Below are positions 25,901 through 38,589 of a stretch of DNA of 64,000 nt, one piece after another. Both the position numbers and the translations under genes were made by a program. Positions within the stretch are counted from its first letter, which is position 1, and the number at the start of each line of letters is the position of its first letter. The notes under the pieces were generated by a model, which was not told where the DNA came from, made no database searches, and saw nothing but the letters and a program-made list of their open reading frames with translations. Source of the DNA: Octopus sinensis (lineage: Eukaryota); the NCBI RefSeq assembly GCF_006345805.1, contig NC_042998.1, forward strand, positions 41,602,001 through 41,666,000. The letters run 5' to 3'.

Positions 25901-28048
25901 TATAGAACAACAAAACCAGAAATTTATTAAAATACTCTTTTTCTTTATTATAATTGTTTTCATTTAGTTTAATATTTTCTTGTGTGGGAGAGGTGAGGGC
26001 AGGTCTAGGTTTCAACTCAATATTTCAAGTTTCTAAACAAGTATTTAATTTTGTTTATTACATTCAACATTTTTTGTATACAATAAATATTTATTATTCA
26101 CTTGCTTCAATGCTAAAAGGAATGAAAGAAATTTAACTAAAAAGTGCTATCAATAGAATATTTCATTATTTTTTTCAAAATATTTGACAGCTATTCTAAT
26201 ATTTGATATTAATTTCAGTTATGTTATCTTTGTTGCAAAAATATTTAATGTTATTGTGTTATCTTTATTATAAATGAATATTTCCAACCTCAAATTGGAT
26301 TATTTTGCACAAACTTAATTGACAATAAACACAGTAACATGCAGGCACAGTATTGACAACATACATGCATTAACCCAGAAACACATATATTCCCTGAGTC
26401 CTTAAGTATCTCAAGCTGCAATTATCTGTAGATGTTGGATGTATTAAACAGTAACTAGAATAACTAAAGTAGTACATAAGAGCTGTTTGTAACATTGTGG
26501 GACATCCATACTTTGTGGAACTAACTTGGAACTTTGATTTCCTTTCTTGCTTGATTGTTTAGTAATCTGTTGACATAGCCACTCTTGTTGAAGTGGCTAT
26601 GTGCACTTAGGTTATTTTGGGTTATTTTGGTATTAGGTTACCTGTGAACTTAGGTTATTTTGGATAAGCAGATTTTGTTGGTATCAGTCACCCTTCTAGT
26701 ATCAGCTTTGCCATAAAGAGCAATATCATAAGGAGTTCTGCATGCTGTGAGTACATGCCAATGATAATACCCAATGAGACTGAAATGCATTTGGCATTCT
26801 CACTAGCCACTGCTGAGACAATTATATATTATAAACACAGCATGTCCATAAGAAATGTTATTTCAGGATGGATACCAGGTAAAGTGCCTTTCAACAATAT
26901 ATTTACATTAAGTATGATGCATAAATAGTATGTTTTTTTTTAAATTTATATTGCACTTTGTGAGTCATAGCTTCATTGGTTAGAGGATTCCAATGGGCTA
27001 ATTATTGGTTTTACTGTATGTCTGATAGCAAGAATGACAAATGAGAATCTGTAAATTTGTTGATTCTTTTGAAGAGCATTGGCTTTACACTGGTATTGAC
27101 ATCCTTTATGTGTGTGTGTGTGTTTGTTCAAAAATATAAACATGCACACATATATATGCATTATGTGAATGTGTGTGTATACAATAAATATTTATCATTC
27201 ATTGCTGTATATAAAGTCCAACACACACACGGAGTGGACTTCTGCAGAGTTTCTGTCTGCTACATTTTCTACTCAAAAGATATTGGTCAAACTGAAGCTA
27301 TGGTAATAGATATTTTCCCAAGGTACCATAAAGTAGGCTCAAACCAAAGAACCATGGGGCTGTGAAATGAACTTCTTAACTATACAGTCATGCTTGTACT
27401 TGCAAATCATCCCCAATGCCTCATTGTATTCATACTGGTAAAAACTCACGTAACTTGTTTATGAGTTCTTAGGAACTCATGACAGCCAATAATACAAGAG
27501 GTATACCAACTTTTTGTATGATTGCTCACAAAAAGTATATTGTTTTGTTAAGTTGACTTTAATGTTGGAATTAGTTGTTCCTTTGTGTGTTAACAGTCTT
27601 GAATGTACATGAAGTTGTGAAGAGGAACATCAATGATCTATATTAGGGTCAGACATACTATACCATTTCCAGCAGAAAAATATACATAAAACATCTGGGA
27701 AAAAAATCTATGGTCAAAACAGCAACAGATTATGTCATAGTTTGAAGCAAGGGCTATAGAAATGAGAAGCATACATACACACACAACTAAATGTTGGTCT
27801 AACCTCTGGCTAGTGTGCATTAGTCAAGGACTTTTACCAAAAGAAGATGTCTAAGAAGCTAAATACTAGAGCACTGTATGGATGAAGCTTAGAGACTATA
27901 TTTACTAAAGAGTACAAGGATCAAATTTCATATATCCAATTCAGTAGTTGCTGATGAATTTGATTGTATAGCACTCCCATCGGTAATGTACAGTCAATAA
28001 ACTAGTTGCTTTAGTTTCTAGATAGTGTCCAAAAGAAGATTAAATTGC

Positions 28049-28220
28049 TTAACCCCTTAGCACTCGGATTACTTTGTCAAATGTAATGCTTATTTTTTCA
28101 CATTGCTTTGAATTAATCACAGCTTTGAGATTTTGATGATGTGATTGTTTATCTTTAGAATGAAATTGTTGGGTAGGTGTGAGAAGCTAGATCTGGCCAG
28201 CTTAAATGCTAAAGGGTTAA
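28049..28220. mobile_element. TTAA-flanked MITE, internally deleted
   Basis: ttaaccccttagcactc ... aaatgctaaagggttaa. Confidence 0.75.
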
Positions 28221-29484
28221 AAATAGATGGAAACAAAACCTTTGCCTATTATGAATACTCATGAATCAGCATTAAACACCACCACTGCCATCAACATAAT
28301 CAAATTCATATACACAAATATATGCATGCCATCATCAACATTATCAAATGTCTTTTAGAATCGGCAATTATAACCTTAATGTCATTGGTTGGTGTGCTTA
28401 TCTTATCTACCACATTAGTTTGTCAATGCCTTTAGCCTGTATTTCTCTTCCTCCATCTAATTATCTCCGTAGCAACTAACTATCCAGTTGATATTGCCTT
28501 CATATATGTTTATTGGATGCTGCTGACATATGTTATGGTTGTCTTTTTCAATCACTGATTTTCTTTCATTTTGTTTACTCTCCAAAGAATTTTCTGCATT
28601 CAATTCAGTACAAAACCTGTTTCCATAGTTTTTATGTAGGTTTGGAGTATCTTCTTTCTTTATTTGCATGATACATTATCAGGAAAGATAGAGAAACCTC
28701 ATCTCAGCTCTTTTATTTCATCTTTGAAGTTGTTGCTTGCAGTGACTTTAAAGCCCACAGTTCCATTTAAATTTCTCATTTTACCTTTATCAATGAAGGT
28801 GGCAGTGTGAGTTTCTCCACATTATCTTTCACTTGCAAAAATATCAGCCAAATCTCCCTCAAATTTTTCCAATTTTTCAAAGACTAATTGAATAATGTTG
28901 TCTCCAGATTCTGTACTTCTAAATAAGCGACCAAATAGTTACAACTGAAATGTCTTTGATCATAAACATATCTTATCACCCAATGACCTGAGGCTAAACA
29001 ATAACTGATTGGCTTGCTAGCTTAATTACATTCTTAGAACAAAAAATTTGACTGTTCTCCACTCATGTTAAACTAATTCAGGATCTAATCTATGCCTCTC
29101 TCATTTAAGATTAATGGACACACTAGAATGGTTAACAGTTCAAAATTACCTTTTAAAAAACTCAAAGAACCTAATAAGGGAGAGCTGTTTCTCTAGCTTG
29201 ATGCTCACCCCTCAATGTTCATTTTTGAAGCAGTGTATACCACCGTCAGTAATTCTCCTCATTGATCATGTGGTTTTAATAATGAAAAGATTGTAAGAAA
29301 ATCTCCAGAAAATTTCATGGAATTAGGGCTTTATTTCAGGAATAGGATCCTCTTTGCAGAGATGTTTTTAATTTTGAAAAGAGTTTCCTAAAAAGAAATA
29401 GGTTTGATGTCTTTGTGAAAATAAATATTAAATGTCTTTAACTTTTTCTCTTTTAATAGTAATAATAATAATAATAATATATGC

Positions 29485-29847
29485 GCAGGCGTGGCTGTGT
29501 GGTAAGTAGTTTGCTTAGCAACCACATGGATACGGGTTCAGTCCCACTGGGTGGTACCTTGGGCAAGTGTCTCCTACTATAGCCTCGGGCTGACCAAAGC
29601 CTCGTGAGTGGATTTGGTGGACGGAAACTGAAAGAAGCCCGTCATATATACACACACACACACGTGTGTGTCTCTGTCCCCTCACCGTCGCTTGACAACC
29701 GATGATGTTGGTGTGTTTACATAACTTAGCGGTTCGGCAAAAAAAAGTACCGATAGGATAAGTACTAGGTTTACAAAGAATAAGTCCTGGGGTCGATTTG
29801 TTCGACTAAAGGCGGTGCTCCAGCATGGCCGCAGTCAAATGAAACAA
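29485..29847 (+). mobile_element. Full-length young SINE family A
   Basis: tRNA-like A box (tggctgtgtgg) and B box (gggttcagtccc), cttgggcaagtgtc core, CA microsatellite, many CpGs retained. Confidence 0.9.
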
Positions 29848-30089
29848 ACGTATATATATATATATTATTATTTCATTAAGATCACAGTCATTGTAATTAC
29901 TGAAATTGATATTTATTACATCAGATAATTTTAAGTTTATTTTTTTAATGTTTCACTTGATACCCTTTCCCACCCTTCTACTACTTTCTTATATATATAA
30001 AGAAAAGAACTAGACAAAAATAATTGATAATTTCTTTTAAATAATGAGATAATCTTTCATGTATAATGATTTATTTCTATTCAGCTTTT

Positions 30090-30713
30090 CTGTAGTTTAC
30101 CGAAGAGATAGATTGAGAGAGAAAGAGAGAGAGAGAGAGGGTGACTGCAGATATTGCCAGAATTAATATATTGGCATATGCACAACGTGTATGTGTGTGT
30201 TTATATATAGAGAGAGATACACACATATACAACATGCGCACATACACTATCAGATTTGTTATCCTCCATTAAGTTGTTTTGTTTTAAGAGGAACAACAGT
30301 TACAAGTCGAGCGAACTGCTTTCTATTGCTGTATTATTGCTTGTTTTGCAGGACCGATAGCCAGCTAGCAAGCTAACTGACAGCAGCGGGTCTGGTTTAT
30401 AATCAGCTATTATTAGATTGGCTGGTCGACTTCTACCACGTACTACTACCCAGTCTTAAACAATTTATGTAACTTCTGTCGAAAATCTATCTATCCAAAT
30501 TATCCTCAACTGTAACAGATCTATGTAGATTATATTTTGAAAACGAATCAGCGTTTGTGTATCTTTGTAATTCTTTCGCTGGAAAAAAATATATAAAAAA
30601 AAAAGATACCTCTGAACCTGTACTATGGGAAATTTTCTGCACTATGAGAAAAAATCTATTTTATTGAATATGTATTAACTGTCGTTAAGCCAACCTGACA
30701 AAGCCTCAACAAG
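30090..30713 (+). promoter_or_regulatory. Probable alternative promoter and 5' leader of the Crypton-derived module (GA tract, CpG-containing, possible small intron 30189-30351)
   Basis: GTATGT donor-like at 30189, ttgttttgcag acceptor at 30351, and caagATGGcg start context. No transcript evidence. Confidence 0.4.
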
Positions 30714-32254
30714 ATGGCGACTGAGTGGCATAAGGTGGTCCAACCTAGTAGTAATCTGACTGTTGTCGATAATTCAAGTAAACAAACTACTGAAGATAAA
30801 CACTGTCAGAAAACGAAAGATAGTACGCAATGGGGGGTGCGAGTTTTCACCGATTTTTGCAATGAAGTTGGTTATAATGTGGAGTCTGCGACCCAAGATG
30901 TGTCATTATTATGTCAGGTATTGAAGCGATTATATGCTGGAGCGCGAACAAAAAAATGTGAACTTTATCAGCTCACAGCTTTCCGTTCTCTTCGTTATGC
31001 ACTCAAACGACACTTTGAGGAAACTCTCAATCTGGATATTATTAAAGGAGATGCTTTCGTCGAAGCGAACGAATCCTTTGTTTTTATGGAGAAGCGTATT
31101 AAAGCCGAGGGCAAAGGCCTGATACGACATTACCCTCCTGTCGAAGAGCAAGACATGGCTCGTTTAAAAGAATATTTTAAAGCAAACATGCAGAATCCAA
31201 CTCCACGGGAACTTTTGGAGTATGTTTGGTTTATTTTGCAATATTACATGTGCAGACTGGGAAGAGATGGACAGACAGAATTGAAGATAACTTCATTTGT
31301 TATTCGGACTGATGCTCAGGGAGAGCGGAGCATTGTTCAAAACGAATCTGAACCTCTGGATGGAAACGGGGAAAATGATGAGGAATTAGCTGGAGGGCTG
31401 ATACCATCGTTGAAAGGAGATGTGCTCTGTCCAGTGAGGGCATACGAGTTGTATATTTCTAAACTGCATCAGGATTTTGATAGACTTTTCCAAAAACCTA
31501 AAAAACTGGTTGATTCTAGTCAACCGTATTGGTTCGATCGCATTCCGTATGGTAAAACTCCTCTGGGTGGTATGATGCCTACGCTAAGCCACAAGGCAGG
31601 ACTGTCCAAACGTTACACTAACCACAGTCTGAGAGCTACGGCCATAGAGAAACTACTGTGGGGTGGCATAAACAGAAAAGATGTTCGTGCTATCAGTCAG
31701 TTATTCGGACAGCCAACATCTGTTTCACAGAGAAAGAAGATGGCATCTATTCTTAGTAACATTGCTGGAGAGCAAAGTACATCAGCAGTAGCAACACCCT
31801 TCTTGGAAGAGGCTCGATTAAATTCTAAGATCACCTCCAACAAAAGGGTAAATAATTTCAGAAATGAATTTCAACATCTCTCAAATAATTCTACTGCCTT
31901 ATCGCAGAAAAAGAATATTAATCTCCTCACTTCATCACCAATATCATCCCTAAATACTTCGTGTTTACCAAAATCTAACGCTACAAGGCCGCATCTTTCA
32001 ACAACCGGAGATTCCAGCGAAAAATCTGTCAATTGGAGAGAACAAGTTACAAACAGAAGACAACAGATAAGTTCCAGTGAGGCAAAAAACAACTTACGGT
32101 GTTTACAAAGTTTACATTTTGGAAGAGGGAGAGAATCGAAAGAAAAAAGTTCTAGCAGAATTGAAACTCAGGAAGAGAATCGTGTTGCCGACCAAAGTTC
32201 AGAGACATCCTCCTTTATGATTACAGATGTGCATTCTTGCGCCAACTCTTTCAC
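30714..32254 (+). CDS. Crypton-derived DUF3504 / tyrosine-recombinase-fold coding exon (513 codons + 2 nt; 514 aa if unspliced, stop at 32258)
   Basis: Crypton-type motifs KTKDSTQWGVRVF, LRYALKRH, YVWF..QYYMCRLGRD, CPVRAYELYISKL, W....P.GK..LG.MM and KRYTNHSLRAT. The ORF is intact and ends at AC|GTAAGC, a phase-2 donor. Confidence 0.88.
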
Positions 32255-34449
32255 GTAAGCATAACTTTTACACGATCGTCCCCAGTCTCAAGATTTTTTT
32301 TATATAGAACAATTCTTATATTTAAAAACAAGCTTTTTAATTTTCACACACGCATACACCATACATGCAATAAACACACACACACATATATATAATGTTT
32401 GTATGTCAAACCAAAATTATCGCACGTGTTTTCTGCGATGCATTCGGGTTCACCAATGTCATGGAGTGGAGGTTGGTAGTCGGAAACTGCAGAGGTCCGT
32501 CCTGTGTGTAATGTAGTGTTTGTGTTTATGTAATAATAATTCAGCTTTGTCACACGCTTATTTCGCTTGAGAAATACTTTAAAGATACATGTGTGTGTCT
32601 AATGTTTAGTGACTTTCACTTTAACAGTTGAATACATTTTATTGCAACTGACATTTATATATGTACGTGCGTGGTTGTGCTTTCCTTGAAGGGGTTCAAT
32701 GTTAACTTCTCGCTTGTATGTTTCACTTTGGGCCGGAGGGGTGGGGTACCTGCCCTTCTTATTACCAACCACTTTACAGAATGCATTGTGTGCATTTTTC
32801 GGGGCATCACAACTAAAGAGATTGGCATGTCCTCTCGACCCTGCGTTGTTTTGACTGGATGCATTTTATGATGGTACAGTTAGTTTGCTTCGTACCCCAT
32901 TAGTACTTACTACTTTATGGTGTGTTCATTCACTCACGATGTAATGAAGGTGCATTACAAAGGGTAAATTTTGACAAACTTGTCCAAATTTACCTTTAAA
33001 AAGTGAAAGAGAAGGGGTACTGATTGTCTGATCAGTTGTCAATGTGTTCTTTATTTTTCTGTGTATAAAGAGAATAATCATCATCATCATCGTGTTCATC
33101 AATATCTGTTTAAAAGTCCTACAACAACAAAAAAAAAGCCCTCAAAAACAATGGTTAAACTACTTTAAGTTTATCTGTTACTTCAACGTACGGCTGACAA
33201 TACAGTTAGTCTAGCCTTTACATATAAATTCTATTTGTGTTTAATTTAAATAGCAATTTACTGTAAGTTCTTTTTGTGGGCAGAAGAATAATGGGGTACT
33301 TGCCCATCAAATGAGTGGTTAACAAACTGTGGAACATGTCAGGACAATCTCCTTTATTATTCTGTGTACTTGAAGAATAAAAAAATATATTCACCACAGC
33401 AAAAAGCTTAAAAACTGAAGTTTGTCTACTTTAAATTTATCATAGGTTTTCTAATCATACACTGCTTAAATATTTATATCTACACCAGCGATGCTGGTAT
33501 GGATTGGTGGTCAGTATGGTTCAAGTTAGCACATTTGAGGGTGCTGCTAATGTAGTTGGGCTGGAAGACTATATGTCACTTGTGGGTTTCATTCTCAGCT
33601 TGGTTTCTATGGCCAGATGCCCTTCCTTGTTCCAGCTACTTTGCAGTATTGCAAGTTCCAAGTAATTTGCAGAAAAAAGTATTGAGTATTTTTTTCAAAG
33701 CATCAGTGCTTCAGAGGTAGCTATGTCTATGACATGACTGAAGAAACCTCTTGACTCCATGACTTCTTGCTCATGAACCTGTTTATAGAGTGGGAAGCAT
33801 TAAGGATAAGATAAACAGAGGTATGGATGATAGTCATAAGAATGGTACTCAGTATTCTGAAGCAAGTATGTACAATCAGTGAATTGTGAGCAAGAGAATA
33901 GAGCAGTAACAGTGGCAAGATGATCCATGTGCTTGAGAGAGAGAGAGCGATAGCAAGGATATGTGGGTGAAAATAAGTAAGAGTATAATGGCAGGTAGAG
34001 TGAACAAGAAGAGGGAAAGATGAAGATTAGAGTAAAGTGTACTGGACACAACAGGTCCAATGTTGTGTGGTCTCCTAAAGATGGGTTAACAAATGGTGAG
34101 TATGGTAGTTAGTGGGGGCCCATACAAATAGGCAGATAAGGATGATGGGAGAGGTCCCATTCATATGAATGGCTAGGGATGTCAGAGAAGTGAAATAATG
34201 TCACAGTACAGAAAAAAAACAGTGATAGTCAACTAGGCTGTAAATATACCTACATACCCATGCAAACGGATACACATAAAATGTATACCTCTCAGTCTAC
34301 ATCATTACCATTATCCTTGTGAATTTCAATTTGTCATGCTTACATTGCTGAATAGAGGTTTTCTCCAACACTGCATATCACCAATCAACACTGTCCTTTG
34401 TCATCTCTTGCATAAGGTTTCACACAATTTCCATCTACAAAATATCACT

Positions 34450-34813
34450 CAGTGGCACTCCGTTGGTTATGACGAGAATTCCAGTTGATCTGATCAATGG
34501 AACAGTCTGCTCATGAAATTAACATGTAAGTGGTTGAGTACTCCACAGGCACGTGTACCCATAACATAGTTCTTGGGGAGATTCAGCGTGACAAGGCTGG
34601 CCCTTTGAAATATAGGTACAACAGAAACAGGTTGAAAGAGCAAGAGAAAGTTGTGGTGAAAGAGTACAGCAGGATTTGCCACCACCCCCTGCTGGAGCCT
34701 CGTGGAGATTTAGGTGCTTTTGCTCAATAAATACAACACCCAGTCTGGGAATCAAATCCTCAATCCTACGACCGCGAGTCTGCTACCCTAACCACTGGGC
34801 CATTGTGCCTCCA
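34450..34813 (-). mobile_element. tRNA-headed SINE, family C
   Basis: Minus-strand head gtggaggcacaatggcccagtggttagggtagcagactcgcggtcgtaggattgaggatttgattcccagac. Confidence 0.75.
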
Positions 34814-35514
34814 CATCATTCAATAGACATTCAGTAAACCAAGACTGAAGTAAAAGACACCAACTTAAAAGTGTTGAACTCAAAATCACATGATTAAAAA
34901 GCAAATTTCATAACCTAAAGGTTATATATATAATTTTATACATGAATATTTTTATATATCTTTTTTTAAGTTTATTTGTGTGCATATGTATAAGTGTGCT
35001 GAAAACATTTTGCTGGGACTCTAGACTAGTAACATCAAAGTTCTTGTAAGTTAGTGGCCATGGAGAGGATGTGGGCAGGACATCACACATTTCTATGACA
35101 ATGAAATACTGTCACTTGTGTAGTTTCCTCACTTACCAAAGCATATGGAAAGTATAGTTTATATATGTGACTATACTTCTATTTTTGTTTGTGTATGTGT
35201 ACTATTATTCTCAACCTTTATTACAATTTTTTCATCCTCTTGTGTTCTACACAATTCTATTTTTACCCTATTTGAATTATTCTTTCCGAAGCAAGTAGTA
35301 GTTACTGGTTAGACATTTTATGTCCTTTAATAACTATTCATTAGCTAACCCTAATTCTAAAATATGTCTATCTTTGATCTCTGTTAAACTCTGTTACACT
35401 TCCAGTATTACCGATACTGTTTCTCTCTCTAAGTCATGTACACTTTCACCCAGGTATATATATATACACACATATATAAATAATGTGGATTTTTTATACT
35501 TCCTTTATTTTTCA

Positions 35515-36388
35515 AAATTAAGATAAAGTTCTTTTTTAATCTAAAATATATACTCTCCTTCATTTTTTACAATGCTCTTCCATCTATCTGGTAGACTTGC
35601 AAGGCCCTTCTTCCAAAATTCACTTGTCTGTGACAAAAATACTCCTCCAGTACTGTTCTGACCTCGTCTACAGAGTTCATGTTTTTTCAGTCCAAATGAT
35701 TTTGGAAACTGTGGAATAAATGATAATCAGATGGGACAATGTCTGGCAAATATGGTTGGTGGGGCATCGTTTCCCATTCAAACTGCTCCATCCTTTAGAA
35801 TGTCGTCCTTTTTGTATGTAGCCGAGCATTATCCTGATGGAAGAACACCTTTCATCTTGAAACCAAAGATGGTTGCTTTTCTTCTAGCGCTGACTTGAAT
35901 GACTGGTTGAATGACCAAATCCAAGCTTCTCTGCTAGTTCAACAACAGTTATGATGGAATTCTGTTCCACCAGAGTTTGCAGGAAGTCCTTGTTGAGCTC
36001 TACAGATCTTCCAGGACAAGGGTCATCTTCGAGGCTATAGTTTCCAGCTTGGATTTTCTGGAACCATCATTGAAACTGGCTTATGCTTATTGTCTAATCC
36101 CCATATACTGCATTAATAATTCCTTGCACTTTCCATTGCATTGTTGCCTTTATTGAACTCATAAAGCAAAATATGCTGAATATGCTCCTTTGCCACTTCC
36201 AGTATAGCTTTGAAAAAATAACTGTTAAAATTGAACAGCACTCTTCAAAAGTTGAACTAAGAATAAGGTCAAGTTAAATTTACTACCTGCTTTTATAGCA
36301 AGTTGATGCAGGTAGTTTATCCTGTCTCCCTCTGACTTTTAGTTCATGCAACTGAGAAAACCGCTATTCTTTATGGGATGACCCAATA
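35515..36388 (-). mobile_element. Mariner transposon (second family), decayed
   Basis: TIR-like ttgggtcatcccataaag; minus-strand MEVAKEHIQHILLYEFNKGNNAMESAR; 3' part matches the reverse complement of 57150-57470. Confidence 0.8.
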
Positions 36389-37944
36389 TATATATATTTC
36401 TTGCACCTGTAGACAGCTCTTCAATGATTTCAGTGAATCCCTACACTCTTAGTAATCTTGCAAATTTGCAATCAACAATTGAGCTGCTACAAAGACAACT
36501 CACCTAGTAGTTTTGTTCACTCGGAATTGTATGTAACTGCTGCATAATTAAAGGCTTTGACTACAGTAAGTCAGCTTCTGTAATAGAACAAACAGACCTG
36601 TGCTGAAACATTTTTGGGGTCATAGGCTTAATAAAAGGGTACACTAGTTCCTGAGTGCATTAAGTGTAGTTGTTTTCGTTGCAAAGTCCAGATATTCAGG
36701 TTTGTGGATGGTACCAATATCTTGATGCGCAACTTCCAACTGCATCTTCCATTGTGTAGTGCTACTTCATTACTGCATGTGTACATGTTGAAAAGGTTTT
36801 CCAGTGGGCTGTCACTAGATACCATAGGAAGCTGAAAATTTGATTATTATATAGGGAAGCTGCCCTATCATATGGCACATAGTCATATATTTTCTTCACA
36901 ATTTGGAACCTGTGCTCAACTAGTTAAGTAGTTTTGAGTGACTTTCTTCATTGACCACTAAATCAGTTCTTCTTCAATCTTGCCAGTTGAGAAACCTCTG
37001 CAAATGTCCTAGGCAATGCTAATACTCCTATGATTAGCTTATAGAAAAGTAACTGCAATATTACATCATACAATATACATGCTCAACAGATTTTCACAAA
37101 ATTAGCTTTTACAAACCACACAAAAAACAAACTTGCAGAATGTCAGGTATGTCTTCTGTCTGAAACATGACTCTGTTGCATTCCTTTTAAAAGACATACA
37201 AAGTATCTTGTTTGTCTCTCATTTTTCAAGATGATTTATACTTCACCTCTTAGACACTATAATCTCTACATCATTGATAACCCTTTGTACTTCTTTTGCT
37301 TTTAATCACGTAGCCATGGATTTTATGCATATACCTAGCATTTCACTATCTTTTAAAAATTTAGAAGGACACTTAAATAATGCAGCCCTAAATACACTAT
37401 GTCTGGAAAAGATGTGATGGTCACAATGGAGTGCTTTTAATCATAGATATGCTGGATCAGAACTGACCCAGATAAACAACAACAATTATATAATGAAAGC
37501 AAATCCTGTCCTGTCTGTTTAAGCTTATCCTTCACCTGTTAACATTTTTAGTCCTTAATAACGCATTAGTGACTAAAAACTTTCCAAAATCTACTGTCTT
37601 GGCCACTTTAGACATATCTTTAGGACTAAACTAAATGGGTTGCAAAGGGATTACAACTCTCTCACACTGATCAAGGCTACTTCACTCATAGAATTCTCAA
37701 CAAAATCTCTATACGTATATAATTGGCATACTAGTTATAACATGGGAAATTTTCTCAGAGTTGTCTTCTGTATGCAAAAAAGCATAACTAGGGATTAACA
37801 TAATGTAGTGAACCTAAAAAGAAATGTTAAATCAATTAAAATTAAAAATTACGCTGAAGAAAATCATTAGTGTGAAGAATAATAATTATTGTGAAAGGCA
37901 AGGAAGACAACTCTGGAGTCCAAATTTGTTGAAAATTGTATCAT

Positions 37945-38320
37945 CTTGTACTTGTTTCAGTCTTTGAACTGTGGCCATGCTGGGCTACTCCTTTGAAGGG
38001 TTTAGTCAAGCAAATCGACCCCAGTACTTATTTTAAGCCTGTTACTTATTCTGTTGAACCCTTTTTGCCAAACAGCTAAGTTATGGTGACATAAACAAAC
38101 CAACACCAGTTGTCAAGCAGTGGTGGGGAACAAACAAAAACACAAAAGCACACACATGCGCAACAGGCTTCTTTCAGTTTCCATCTATGAAATCCACTCA
38201 CAAGGTTTTGGTTGTTCTGGAGTTATTGTGGAAAATACTTGCATAAGGTGCCACACAATGGGATTGAACCCAAGACCATATGATTAAGAAACAAGCCTCT
38301 TCTCACACTGTTACACTGCA
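37945..38320 (-). mobile_element. SINE family A copy
   Basis: Reverse complement of family A (ttcagtttccatctatgaaatccactcacaagg; aaggtgccacacaatgggattgaaccc). Confidence 0.75.
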
Positions 38321-38589
38321 CCTATAGTTTGATCTTAGGTACATACAGTGACAACTCCAGAAATGTTTTGATCTTAACAGGTTTCCTTAGCTGACCATAG
38401 TCTTACAGGCCTTAAAACGAATGTGAAAATATATAGAAACAAACACGCTATAATGTAGTTCTGCATCATGCTCAAACATTTGAACAGATATCTGTTATAA
38501 TGCAGTTACTAGTGCTTCATAGAAATCTGCAATTACTATCCAATATTAACACCAACTTACAAATACTTAGGCTAATGTTTAAAGCACTT

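Noticed and set aside
26600-26670. Short tandem ggttattttgg repeats
   Set aside because: Simple local duplication; not a CRISPR-like or structured array
29485-29560. tRNA-like A/B box sequences here and in the other SINE heads
   Set aside because: These are SINE promoters without a complete cloverleaf; no true tRNA gene was found
30467-30678. Start-stop uORFs (ATGTAA at 30467, ATGTAG at 30523) and a 17 aa uORF in the Crypton leader
   Set aside because: Expected by chance in AT-rich sequence, and the TSS is unknown
30696-30713. AAG at 30701-30703 would allow an in-frame THAP-to-Crypton splice (phase 2)
   Set aside because: No polypyrimidine tract and a rare AAG acceptor; not supportable without reads
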